Source of the DNA: Eledone cirrhosa
Taxonomy: Eukaryota
Assembly (NCBI GenBank): GCA_964016885.1
Contig: OZ024750.1
Coordinates: 26,660,001 to 26,724,000 of the forward strand
Length of the DNA: 64,000 nucleotides
Reading direction: 5' to 3'
Numbering within the stretch: the first letter of the stretch is position 1; each line of letters begins with the position of its first letter. Below, piece after piece: positions 12,177 to 27,191 of the stretch. The notes below the pieces were generated by a model, which worked only from the letters and a program-made list of their open reading frames with translations, was not told where the DNA came from and ran no database searches. The translations under genes and the position numbers were made by a program.

Positions 12177-13511
12177 TTTATCTAGTCCTTCGCTCAAGAT
12201 TAATCTATAAGTTTAGATGTCTGCCTTCGTTTAAGTAAATATTACAGTAAGATTTTTAATATAAACAACTACAAAAAACAATTAATATTAAAACGAAAAA
12301 ATTATCAATGATAAAAGAAGCGGATGCAACTTTTTTTTTTATAAAGTTATATTCCTGTTTCTTTAAAGAACATTTCATTTTTGTTCTATTGTAGGCGAAA
12401 TAATGCAATGGTTTAATAGGGAAGATATAACTTACCAATTATGTCTCTAACCGTGTAACGCTTTTTAAGTAGATAACTACAATTGAAAATACTAAAGAAA
12501 TGGAACCAACAATTCAATTTGAAAGTCGTCTACTTATAGTGACAGTGTATTACTGGTACTTTATTTTATCGACCCCGTAACGATGAAATGCAAATGCTTA
12601 AAATTTAAATTGCCTTAATTCTATCGTCTGCTGTTTCATTAAAGGGAGATTCTCGTCTGTATTTAATTCTATCGTCTACTGTTCCACTAAACAGATATAC
12701 CTCCACTATCTTCTCTATTTATACATTTTAACTTATAACTTATACACATTTGATTTGAAATATTTTATCTAGTCCCCCCTCTCAATATTATGATGATTTC
12801 TTTCGAATGAAACAGTTCTAGTCCTGTAGAAGCCATTTATATATATAATTGAACTGAGTTAAAAATTCACAATAGTTATAATTAAATAAGCTCATATATA
12901 TATGTGTGTATTTATCTGTTTATTGTATTATATATAATGTGTGTATATACAGGATGTCCCCCCAAAATATATACACACTTCAACAGCATTCTAATAACTA
13001 TTGCCTGTACAGGTAATCAAAGTGTCAATCGAATGTTAGTTTCGTGTTTTAACAGTACAAATTTACAATACACACATAACACACATAAAACCAGTGTATA
13101 TACATACATGAGTGTGTATACACATACATGAATGTGTATATACAATATATATGTATATATATATAGACACATATATTCACGGTGCAACGGAACATTAAAA
13201 TATAGATGCGGGAGGGGGGTGTATATATAGGGGCGCTGGGGATAAAGGAGTGTAAAGCGTGTGTAATTGATATATTGAAGGAGAGGAGCGTGCAGCAATA
13301 GAGTAACAAATATATAGAGAGGGGGAGAGATGGTATTGAAGGGGAGTAGTGCAAAGCGAAAGAGTAAGAGAGATATATATAAAGACGGAACAGATAGAGA
13401 GAAACAGGCGTAAGTAACAGTGGAAGAGATATATAGAGAGGGGGAAATGTGTTATTGAAGGGGAGGAGTGTAAAGCGAAAGCGTAAGATATATATATAGA
13501 GAGGGGGAATA

Positions 13512-13575
<64 letters not shown>

Positions 13576-13734
13576 ACACTTACTCTGATTGGTTGAAAAT
13601 TAGCCAATGACATACGATCACCACCACCACGGCTATCCCGGGAAAATTTATGAAGAAGTTAGGCATATATGTTAGAACACGAAAAGTGAACATTCTGTTG
13701 TTTCACACTTTTCGTGTTCTAACAGATATATATG

Positions 13735-13852
13735 ACCACTTGACTACCTGGTTGAGCTTGTTTTGTTTGGGAAGTCTGAATTTAATGATGGGTGCATTTC
13801 GATATATTGGGTCCTACATCTATCTCCCACACACTGTTGACATGAAATATCA
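13735..13852 (+). repeat. Dispersed repeat (copy at 42143-42262)
   Basis: acctggttgagcttgttttgtttgggaagtctgaattt...gacatgaaatatc is near-identical in both copies. Confidence 0.85.
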
Positions 13853-13874
13853 ATATATATAAATATATTTATAT

Positions 13875-14034
<160 letters not shown>

Positions 14035-14055
14035 TATATATATATGTGTGTGTGT

Positions 14056-14086
<31 letters not shown>

Positions 14087-14149
14087 TTATATATATAACA
14101 CACACACACACACACATATATAGAGAGAGAGAGAGTGAGAGAGCAAGAA

Positions 14150-15730
<1,581 letters not shown>

Positions 15731-16508
15731 CATAATTCCTGCTCCTGTGTTGGCATGCGAATAGATCTGCAGACACTAATGTTTCTGAGTATCACTCTTC
15801 ATCCTTCATGTCCATGTTTGCGTATTTTTAGCTGTAATAATCTCCCGGTCTTCTTCCTTCTATTTCTTTTTTCTTTTTTTCCTTTCTCTTTCTCCTTTTT
15901 CATCTTTCTCTGCCTCTTTCTTCAACTTTCTTTCTTTTCTCTACCTTCACTATTTCTATCCCCCCTCTTTTCTTTCTATCTGTATCTCTATTATTACTAC
16001 TATTTTGATGTGATAGTTTGAACTCGTAAATTTGCCGGTTACAAATTTATTTGTATGTTCTTTCTCTCTTTCTTCTATCCTCCTCCCCTCCTTTCCATCT
16101 GTACTCCTTCTTCTGTGTCTCTCTATATCTTTATTATTAATATTAATAATGATGTGGTAATTTAAATTTGTAAATTTACCGTAACGCATATTTCTTTATT
16201 TTCTCTTGGTCTCTGAAATACACACTGACTCAATGACTCATCGGCCTGATTTGCATATTAGCAGACTGGCTGATATATACCAATATATACACAACAAAGC
16301 CTGCAGCTCCATACTCCTTCTCTGTCTCCTCTCCCTCTCTCTATGTCCCTCTTTCAATCTACTCTCTTACAACTACTATTTTTTTCTCTCTATCTTTCAC
16401 TCTCTCTTGTGTGTGTGGGTGTAGGTGTGTGCCTGCAGGTGTGTGCGTGCATGTGTGTGTGTGTATGTAAATATGATGTTTAATATAGAAATCTCATATA
16501 TATTTCAG

Positions 16509-16643
16509 AATGCCGAATAGGATGGTTTGGTGTTAATTGTACATGGACATGCCATTGTATCAACAAGACAAACTGTGACCATCGAAATGGAAGATGTTCA
16601 GATGGATGTTCTGCAGGTTATACTGGTGACAATTGCCAAGAAA
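16509..16643 (+). CDS. EGF-like exon, 135 nt, phase 1-1, intact
   Basis: tttcag|...|gtat; CRIGWFGVNCTWTCHCINKTNCDHRNGRCSDGCSAGYTGDNCQE. Confidence 0.88.
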
Positions 16644-16830
16644 GTATATCATAAACTTGTTACATAATTACGATAATTACTATATACACACAGGCATATA
16701 TATATGTGTATGTGTGTGTGAGTGTGGGGTGTATGTGTGTTGGGGGGGGGGGATGCGGGTGTGTAAGTGCATATGTTTGTGTGTGTGTGTAAATAGGATG
16801 TTTAATATAGAAATCTCATATATATTTCAG

Positions 16831-16965
16831 AATGCCGAATAAAGAAGTTTGGTCTTAATTGTAATAGGACATGCCATTGTATCAACAACAAATACTGTGA
16901 TAAGCTAAATGGAACATGTTGAGATAAATGTTCTGCTGATTATATTGGTAACAATTGCCCAGAAG
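16831..16965 (+). pseudogene. EGF-like pseudoexon
   Basis: CRIKKFGLNCNRTCHCINNKYCDKLNGTC*DKCSADYIGNNCPE; in-frame TGA at 16920-16922 and donor gt changed to gg. Confidence 0.82.
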
Positions 16966-17277
16966 GGATATCATCAACTTGTTACGTATTTACTATATAC
17001 ACACACACTCACACACATACACGCACACATACACTCACACATACACACGCATACACTCACACACACACAAACTCACACACACACATATATACATATATAT
17101 ATGTTTGCGTGTGTATGTGTGTGTGTGAGTTTGTGTGTGTGTGTGCATGTGTTTGTGTGTTTGATGTTTAATATAGAAATCGCTTCTACTGGACTAGAAT
17201 AGTTTCATCCACAGAAATCATCAGGAAACGGCTTTCCTGATGATTAGGTTTGAATGAAATAGTTCTAATAGTTCTAA

Positions 17278-17366
<89 letters not shown>

Positions 17367-18204
17367 CTATATAAATATATATGTATATATTTATTTATTT
17401 AGGTTTGTTGTTTCACCACTGGATAGAACTGGTCATTCCGTATGGTCCACCTCGATGTAATATTATGGTGAGCACTCGACTTAATGCAACTCAACTGTCT
17501 TCGTTTGTGTAGTTGGTGGTGCGAGTACGGAGTTAATTATTTTAGAATAACAGGAGGCTGGACTGGTGTAATTCCTTGAAAGGTTTATTATACTATGATC
17601 ATTTCAATGACCGGGTTCAGTATGAATCTGGTGACATCATCAGGTATTCAGAATATAACAAAGGAATATAATAGACAAAATCCATTGTGTCTGAAAATCA
17701 GGGACATGAGGACGACCGAACATTCAGCAGCTTCTACCACATTTGTTTCCATACAGATGAGAGACGTGTATTTACGCTTAAACAATGAATCAATCTGTTA
17801 CAATTAATAATTATTCGCAAAGTATTAATATTGAAATGCATTTATTCGGAAGTGTGACAGAATAAATTATTTCTTCACAAGTAGCAAGATTATAAGCAAG
17901 CCGTGGAAGAATCAAGAGAACAAATGGAAGAAGATAAATGGAAAATTTAATGAAATATTATTTTAAGGCTTGAGACTTATAGCCATAAAACTTATAGCCA
18001 TATATTTGTATAGCAGCTGTATCATGTTTTAAAAGACGGATTGACAAAAAAATTTGTCATGCGATAATCAAAGACCACACTCTAGAATTTGAAATAATTA
18101 AACTAAGCATGAAGGCTTCTGCAAAAGTAGGCTCATTATTGCACACATGGTAATACGAGGTACGTAATTTAGTTAGTACCAGTTATAAGACACAAACCCG
18201 TATT

Positions 18205-19352
18205 CACACGCCGTAGTACATTTTGATAGAATTCTTTATATTTCCGGAAATATTCGTTGTCCTACCATATCTTAAAGAAGGGGAAAATTGTGAATTTTCC
18301 CTTCCTGCATGATGCGAAGTGTTCACTGCATGTGGTGTTTCTGACAGAGGGATCTCTAATTTATTTTTTATGGACCCGAACCCTATCATGTAGACCCGTT
18401 CTCAAATGTAGTATTCTTCGCAGGTCACACAATAAATTAAGGTTTTTGTTTTGCAAGTCACGCTTGCCTTAAATTTGAAAATGTCATTGATTCAAAAGGA
18501 GATTTGCCCTCTCTCTTCAATGAATGAACAAGTTCCGTATAAAGGGTTCCCGCATTTCTTAACTTTCATTGATTCATTTTCAGACGTAAATTTCGCCTTA
18601 ATAAACAGTATTTTCAAAGTTAGGTGCTTGGCGTCTACTATATAGTATTTGTGAGTCTTTTATGAGTGCTTTCATTTTGGAGGACTGCTTGAGAATCGGG
18701 AGATATTGTTTAGAGTCTTTCATGATGTTGAAGTTCCATGGATTGTAAGTGGCGATAAAAGGGATAACTACTTTTTCCCTTTTATTATGTTAGTTTGTTT
18801 TTCTCAGTTTTGTCACTGGGCTATTCTGGGCCTTGGAGATAGCTGTATTGATGAAGATCACCGGATAGTCTATTAAGGAGCTCTTTTAGTTCATATAATC
18901 TTTTTTCCTATAGTGTGGTTTGTGTTACTATGGTGCAAATGCGTTTTGTCATATTATAGGGAATGTTCCTTTTGGTATGTGAGAGGTGTGCTGACCGGAA
19001 ATTCAAGTACTGGTGTGTGTCTGTTCGTTTGTAAAATAGGTCTGTTTTTATATTTTCCCCTTCTTTAATGATAGTGATATCCCAAAACAGTCGTTCCTTT
19101 TTGTTTCAATCCATGGTAAATAGTCTTGCTTCGTGAAGCCTGTTTATGATGGAATGGAATCTTTGTAGGTCTCCTTGGCTTCTATTAAAGAAGATGAAGC
19201 AGTCGTCTAGGTAACATTTCCAATTGTTATTAATGTAGGTGGCAAAGTCGTGACTGAAAGCGTCTTGCAGCTGGGAATATACTTTTACCTCTAGGTGACC
19301 CAAGACGAGTGTTGCATATGTTGGGGCTACTTTGGTGCCCATGGCTGTTTCT
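18205..19352 (-). mobile_element. Penelope-like element fragment (RT C-terminus plus GIY-YIG), decayed
   Basis: TAMGTKVAPTYATL..CYLDDCF..TDLFYKRTDTHQYLNFRSAH..NIPY; downstream RVRVH..SEHF. Confidence 0.85.
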
Positions 19353-20154
19353 TTTGTGTATGTATGTATATATATATTCCTGCGATTGTCTGTTTTTTCT
19401 TTTTTCTTTTCTGTTATTCCGAACTGTATATATATATGTATATACATATATTTTACCTTTGAACAGAAACACAGGAATATACCGGTTATATCACGATGTT
19501 GTGGTTGATCCCATTTCTGTTACTTCTATGTGTGATTGGAGTGATCATTTACAGGTATGTGATTTCTTTTAATACAATTGTTTCAATACAATTGTTAGAA
19601 GTAATTGGTGAATTTCAATCTGTCTGATGTTTAGATTTAGAATCAATAAAATTGTATTTTTTTTTTATAATTGTATATTGGGTAATTGACCTCCGTATGT
19701 TTCAGCGATGAGTTTTCAATATGAAAACTTATTTTCCCAGTTAGGTTGTTCGGTGAATATTAATGACCACGTATAATATTAAATGTACTAATTGCAGTCG
19801 TTTGACTAATTATTGTCTCATAATTTGACCAGGACATTGAAAACCTTTCTTTTTCACACAAACATAGTAATTGTGTTTGATAGGCTAAAACAAGCTTTGC
19901 CTTGATGTTATTTGAATAGAGATACATCAGGCATAAAGTTGGAAACTGTAAAGTATTACATCTAGTTCTCAATATTGTGAATTTCCTATGTATTTCATAT
20001 TAGTATTTTATTGTTTTGACTAGAAATATTTTGATTAGCTAATTTCATTTTCTATAGCCCAAGCAATATTAAGTTTATTTTTTATACCGTTACAAGTACA
20101 AAATGTCACGAGTCATAGGCATACTTATTGAAACAATTTATAATTGAGTCTAAT

Positions 20155-20610
20155 ATGTTAGAATCTTTTTAAAATATCCTTAAAAAATACTCGTACGAAT
20201 TAAATATAAAATTTTCAGTCGAAAACAAAAGCAAATTATTTCAAATTATATAATTTTGAAAAATAGACGTGAATGTTCTCAAAGACTTGATCTCAGTCGA
20301 AAAATCTTTTTTTAATTTTCATTCTATATTTCACTGTTAGCTGTTGCCATATTTGAGTGGATAGACAATTCTACAATTCAAACTGTAAAGTCAAAATACA
20401 AAAGATACAAAATGTGAAGGATTTCTTACCTTTCTCTGGAGTCACAAACTCAAGGGAAAAATAGTACCTTGAAAAATAAAGTGCTTCGATCACAAACTTA
20501 GTTGCAAAGAATAAATTGAGATGCTTGGTGACAGTGAGCAAGAAAAATTTGTATCACTTATATATACATATATATATACATAGATAGATACACACGCACA
20601 CACATGCACG

Positions 20611-20683
<73 letters not shown>

Positions 20684-20813
20684 CTTGTGTGTGTGTGTGT
20701 GTGCCTTGTTTTTGGTACAGAAAGAATTTTGGCTCCAGTTTATATTGCCGTATTGCCGGGTCAAAGGTTACTGATCTGTTCAACAACGTAAAATAAAAAC
20801 GCCATACAGACAC

Positions 20814-20815
<2 letters not shown>
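20155..20815 (-). repeat. ~650-bp dispersed repeat, inverted copy at 60367-61011
   Basis: Reverse-complement match including gacccggcaata..aactggag.caaaattc and gagtttgtga.t.cagagaaaggtaagaaa. Confidence 0.8.
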
Positions 20816-20908
<93 letters not shown>

Positions 20909-20971
20909 GTATAGGATTATCCTAGATGCAGTAATGGTTAATTACTACACTGGATATCGAACGACTAGAAA

Positions 20972-21930
20972 TTGTATTACATCGGGTCTACCACCACCTC
21001 GTTTAAATCTCGCCGGTTCCGTAATCGATTCTCAATTAAACATCCTGATCACCGTTTTGTGACCACGCTCGCCAACAAGACCTGGCAACTCCGTGAACGC
21101 AACCAACAGTTCACCTTACAATGGGATATTCTTTCCAGCGCAAGTGCATATCGGTGTGGATTGAAGTACTGTAGGTTATGTAACCTTGAACTCTTTTACA
21201 TCTTAAAATCCAAAAATAAACTACTTAACGATAGAATCGAACGATCATTATACTGCAACCACAAACTAAAAGCTAAATTCTCTCACTATAAAATAACTTA
21301 ACATTCGAACCCGTAACTATAACATCGCCTTCTAGCTAACCACCTTCTCTTCCCCCACACTACAAGACAATACCCTGCCTATCACTATAAATGGTAACTT
21401 AGTGCAATTCGCAGATTACTACTACGAACCCAAAGTTCACCCACCCCATAGATTTCGTCTGTCCCCTCTCTATCTCTCCTTATATTTCCATTCCACTCTC
21501 TCTCTCTCTCTCTCTCTCGCCTTGGCCTACCTCCCTCCCTCTCCACATATATGAACCTGCCCTCTGGGGCAATAAATAATTCCAACCTTGACTATCAACG
21601 CATCGCTTAAGGTGGTCGCTCTAAGAGTAACCAGTATAATAAAATCCCTACCATAACATTTTGATTAAGATATCTACAAACCACTCTCCCCTATTTCTCC
21701 AACCCCTGCATATCTTTCTCTCTCTCTTCCTTTTCTACTCTATCTTCTCCAATAACGTCACTTAAGGGTATTTACATTGTACATTTTAACCATTCTGCTC
21801 TGATGATACAGTGGTCACAGCATTTGATATTTGAGTTTTGCAAATAGTTGTAAATTTGTACATAGCATAACTAGGCTGTATAACCACCGTGGAAACATTT
21901 GTAAGCAGACGGAATAAATTACCTTTTTAT
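20972..21930 (+). mobile_element. Penelope-like 3' fragment: GIY-YIG endonuclease, 3' UTR and pLTR
   Basis: YYIGSTTTSFKSR..H..CRLCNLE..LLN..C.H; ends with a hammerhead and AATAAA. Confidence 0.8.
21794..21909 (+). ncRNA. Type I hammerhead ribozyme with long stem II
   Basis: tctgct-CTGATGA-(tacagtggt..acagc / gctgt..accaccgtg)-GAAAC ATTT GTA-agcaga; stem I has 6 bp; predicted cut after 21903. Confidence 0.7.
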
Positions 21931-22001
21931 GATGTCTACCTGTTATTATTCATTCTTTATATATATATGTATATATATATATTTATATACATATATATGT
22001 A

Positions 22002-22086
<85 letters not shown>

Positions 22087-22131
22087 GTAGAACACTGGAA
22101 TATATATATATATATGTGTGTGTGTGTATTT

Positions 22132-22165
<34 letters not shown>

Positions 22166-22244
22166 CATATATATATAACGGCGATGAATTAGTTTTGCGA
22201 GGTTTTTTATATGAAATCGTGTGTCGAAACAAATATTGTTATAC

Positions 22245-24178
22245 TTGGGGAGGGTCATATTTGTGTAATATTGCCAGAATTAATAACAGAACACACTCAC
22301 TGTTTGGTTTGTTTTCGCTTTTCGCTTCTGTGTCTTTTATATCGGTAATTTAATTTATTCGGTCCTCAATGTTGCCATTGACTGACCGACGGTCAAAAAT
22401 AATACAGATACAATAAAGACACAAACACATATATATAGTTTATCATAAATCTTTCGTTGCACATCTGCAACATCGTCAGTGGTGCTATTGTTTCCTCCCG
22501 TTACATTGTATGTCTACGTCACTATTATTTAGTCTGTCTATATATTTATTTATTTATTTGCTTGTTTGTTTATTTTATTTTGTCTTCTTTGCGCATGCGT
22601 TTGCGTGTGTGTATAGTGTTTTGTTTGATGTGTGTTCGTGATTGGGTGACTAGTGTGTGTTTATATGTGTTTGTTGTTATTGTGCTTGTGTATGTATTTA
22701 TTTATTTATTTATCTATTTATTTATTTATACTTCTATTAGGTCAGTGTTGTTTGTTTGGGTGTTGTTGTTGTTATTCCATTCATTCTTTCTGTTTAGTCT
22801 TGGCCTTCTAAGTTCTATTTCACTGGCCTCTCTGATTTGCCTATCTGCTGGGTCATTTCTATGTTTAGATATTATTCTAATTTCTATGTTGTCTATGTTA
22901 CCGTCGTGTTGTTGTCTGGCATGTTCGTATAGTACTGACCCGTTTTTTCGTCCTTTTAGTTTCCCCCAGTGTTGGTCTATCCTTTCACCTATGCTACGAG
23001 CTGTCTCACCTATGTATGTTGTTGTCATGTTTCTGCAAGTACCCTCTGTACATCTTATGCTATAGACTACGTTTCTAGTTTTACAGTTTATCCGGGGTTT
23101 AACCTTACATATGATACCTATTAGTACAGTGGGTTTTCTTAAAAGGGTAGGTTTTGCTGATCAGGGATTTTATGGTGGTTCCTGGCTTTTCTACCACGTT
23201 ATTCTTTAAGTGGGTCTTTCTCAGGGCCTTTCTACACTAGTTAGCTAATTTCCCTCCAGGGGTGGCGTCCACAAACATGAAACTCTGGTATCTCTGGTTG
23301 TCGTACCATGAGGTGGCTTTCCCTATCTTATGTCTAGCCCTATCTAAGCTATTCCATGATTTGCTCCTGTATAATGGGCAAATTCCTTTCATGTCCAGTT
23401 CTATGAGGGTCTTATACTTCTCCATGGCTCCTTCATATACTCTGACTCTGTCCTTTGGTTGTAGCCAGAGAACTGCATGCGGTTGATGAAGTGTTGGATG
23501 TGTCTTTCTATTTCTGTTGGGTCGCACATGCGGGACACATTCTTCATCACTCGTACCAAATCTGCGATCAGAATATTAAACTTAGCACTACTGGACATTG
23601 CTGAGTTTTTGAGTATCAGGTATTTGGAGGCCATGGGTTTAGCATAGTGTGAGTTGAGAATTTGGGCTCTCTCGTCTATAGTGTTAATCCAGAGTTCGGT
23701 GTCTAATACAGGTAGTCTATTGTTAGCGTGTTTGGAAGGGAAGTCGATAGTTACAGTTATACTCTGGTGTATGGAATTAGATATCTGCTGGATGCTTTCC
23801 ATTGTGCTACGTTCTAAATCAAACTTGTTAGTGCTCTCTAGTGGGGATGTTCTTATAACTATATTGATATCGTCTACATTCCGTGAGTACATGATGAGGT
23901 CTATGGAGCTCTCATTAAGGAGATCTTTAAGTCTCCTTTCCCACCATACCATGAAAAGGTTGGCAACATCACCAGCTATGCTGACGCCAATGGCTGCTCC
24001 CTCATTTTGGGTGTAGATCTTCTTGTTGAACTTGAATATGTGGCCCTTTAGGGTAGTTTTGATACTAGCCCCTATTGCATGTGCGACCATTTTTCTTACC
24101 TGATCATTGTTTTGGGGGGTCCGTATAGCTTTGGTCCACCCAATCCACCTTGCCATGGGAGTCTTTTTTGCCATTGAG
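22245..24178 (-). mobile_element. Penelope-like element (RT plus GIY-YIG), 5'-truncated; near-identical to 54197-55978
   Basis: GAAIGVSIAGDVANLFM..YSRNVDDI..LPVLD; YIGETARSIGERIDQH..EASEI..LN. Confidence 0.92.
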
Positions 24179-24536
24179 TTATATATATATATATATATTC
24201 TATAGACTTCTGACTGAGAAATGCTCTCAGAACTGACCAATGGGAAGTTTGACACTTTTTTTATTATTTTGTTCCTTTAACACCTTGTCCCTTCTGTCAT
24301 TTTATAAATTTTTAAAGCTAACTCCAACAATAACAACACTTAGAATGAGGAATGTTCTAATAACTGACCAATAAGAGGAGAAGAGGACCTTTGACACTGA
24401 AATTCGTTTGTTTGAATTCATATGATTCCAGTTCCTCAGTGAAATAACAACCCAACCAGGAACTGGGCATATCAGAGTATTGACAATATTATACACCTCA
24501 ACAACATATGTACTTGTCTATATCATACTAATTCAA

Positions 24537-24591
24537 ACTGCCTGAAGAGGTCACAGCCAAAGATGACTGTCACTGAAATATATATAGCAGT
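24537..24591 (+). ncRNA. Minimal type I hammerhead ribozyme
   Basis: actgc-CTGAAGA-(ggt.acag/ctgt.act)-GAAA TATATA TA-gcagt, then AATAAA; stem I is a perfect 5 bp. Confidence 0.7.
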
Positions 24592-24685
24592 AATAAACGA
24601 AACTAAATTTTAATCATTTGACTTTTTATTTAACTTTATTTTATATATATATATATATAGTTATATATATATATATATATATTAT

Positions 24686-24735
24686 AGCTCTGATGAATCC
24701 TACGGTTACACGTAAGGAAGAAACATTGTTAGCCA
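24686..24735 (+). ncRNA. Minimal type I hammerhead motif (GUU triplet)
   Basis: gct-CTGATGA-a tcctacg gttaca cgtaagga a-GAAAC att GTT-agc, then AATAAA. Confidence 0.55.
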
Positions 24736-25424
24736 ATAAAAACCTTTTGATGTTGTAGACGCTCTTGTGTTCTTTTTCATATAAATTTCCGGATGGTTGG
24801 TTGGTTCCACAACCAGACGACTGCTCATATATTGTCAAAGTTCTTTCATCACACATTCTGTGACTTCTTCAGTGACTAGGGATTCTTTTCTTTGTTTTTG
24901 TGCCTCTCCTTTGTTCTGTCCTACGCCATCTTGTTTTTGTGTGTGTTGTGTGCTTAGTTTGCGCATGTGTTACGTCCGAGTGTCTGTGTGTGTTTATATT
25001 TGTTTATTTATTTGTTTATTTACATGTTACTGGTTGGTTGTTTGTTCTATGTGTGTGTGTGTTTTTATTTTGTCCTTAATTGTAAGTTAAAATTAAATAG
25101 AAAACATGTATGGAACAGCAACATCGCAACTTATAATGTGGTATAAATATGACTGAATATGAGATTGTGATCAAGTCGTCATATTCCCTCGTCAATTATT
25201 TTTATTTTGTTAAGTACAATGTTATTTAATAATTTTTAAATTTCCTTTTGCTGTAATAAAATTAATAATTAATTTGTAATTTGACTGTAACATGTTTTTT
25301 TTTTGTCTGAACCTGAAAAACATAGTTGTCCACACTATATTCTAGTTCTCACTTTTACCACTCACTTGTTCAAAATATAGCTACTCTCGCATTGGAAAAG
25401 ACATCGAACCAGAAAGATTTAAAG

Positions 25425-25562
25425 ACAGTGGAAAACACAAAGGAAAAGACAAAGGAAAATACAGTAGAAAAGACAAAGGAAAAGACAAAGGAAAAGACAC
25501 TGGAAAAGACAAAGGAAAAGACAGTGGAAAAGACAAAGGAAAAGTCAAAGGAAAAAACAAAT
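25425..25562 (+). repeat. 12-bp minisatellite (gaaaagacaaag-like)
   Basis: Tandem units translate as KTKE/KTVE repeats. Confidence 0.8.
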
Positions 25563-26161
25563 GAAAAGCGAGCGGATATTACGGAGGAGATAAATCTGGA
25601 CAGAAGGAAAATTAGACCACCTAAAAGATATTTCTAAAGATACGGGTGAGTTGATTGTTTTATTGACTGTTGAATGTCTATACTAGTTTAATAAAACTAT
25701 AATATTCTCGAAAACCAAAGAAATTATTTTAATACATTCTCTGTTATGTGACTTTTACTCATATATTTTTCCCTAAATGTCATGAATTTACGTAGATAAG
25801 ACCTGTAGATGATAAGGATATCCACCGAGCGAATTGTAGAGGAATCTATATACTGGAGGAAACCGACTGTATGTTGTGATTTATGCGTACACTAAGGTGG
25901 AGGACGACACGCATGTTCTTTTAAAAATCCTCTAAATTTGTATTCTGTGGCGTGTTATTGCTAGACTTAAATCAAATCATCAATACACGCAATATGAAAG
26001 ATCAGCAAGGAACAGAAATTTTAACTTACATGAGGAAACCGGAATTTCGTAGTGAACTGCCGGAAGTATAAATTTAAATAAATACACACACACACTCACA
26101 CACTCACTCTCACACTCACGCACACATACACACATACTGACACTCACGCACACGCACATAT

Positions 26162-26228
<67 letters not shown>

Positions 26229-26232
<4 letters not shown>

Positions 26233-26609
26233 CTTGATCACCTTGACCGACCAGTCTGTCGAGCGCCGCTGGTCACAGCACGTGCTGTTTTAGCTATAGG
26301 GTGACGCCATCTGGGCGGGCAGGTCGTAAGTCTAAAGTCTGTCTTAAGCCAGAGGGCTCATTTGGCCGGTACTTATCCTGGCTTCATGGCGTGAAACGAC
26401 TGAGAGCACAAGACTCCCCCTGGACAGGACGCCACTCCATCGCAGGGTTAAAGCTCCAGCTATTGCAGGTACTCATTTTCAGCTGAGTAAACTGGAGCAT
26501 CGTGAAATAAAGTGTCTTGCTCAAGGAAACAACACATCAGCCGGTCCGAGAATTGAACTCACAACCTTTCGATTGCAAGCCTATTGCTCTAACCATTAAG
26601 CCATGCGCC
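26229..26609 (-). mobile_element. tRNA-derived SINE, near full length
   Basis: Minus strand ggcgcaTGGCTTAATGGttagagc...GAGTTCAATTC (A and B boxes), then a ccttgagcaagacact..cagctg..aatgagtacc central domain. Confidence 0.85.
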
Positions 26610-26610
26610 A

Positions 26611-26700
<90 letters not shown>

Positions 26701-26711
26701 GCACGCACGCA

Positions 26712-26753
<42 letters not shown>

Positions 26754-26787
26754 CGCACACACACACACACGCACGCACACGCACACG

Positions 26788-26861
<74 letters not shown>

Positions 26862-26948
26862 TTAAAATACTAGAGCGTGTTGGAGTTAAACACCCTCTTC
26901 GTATTATAGAAATGACAGTAAAAGGTATAGCTCAGTAAAAGGTATAGC

Positions 26949-27022
<74 letters not shown>

Positions 27023-27052
27023 TGTGTGTGTGTATGTATATATATGTATATG

Positions 27053-27103
<51 letters not shown>

Positions 27104-27120
27104 ATATGTATATGTATATG

Positions 27121-27184
<64 letters not shown>

Positions 27185-27191
27185 AACATAT

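Noticed and set aside
25326-25637. 103-aa ORF with KTKE repeats
   Set aside because: Explained by a 12-bp purine-rich minisatellite; no ATG start or splice evidence
26540-26609. tRNA-like sequence
   Set aside because: It is the head of a SINE, continuous with the SINE body, not a standalone tRNA gene
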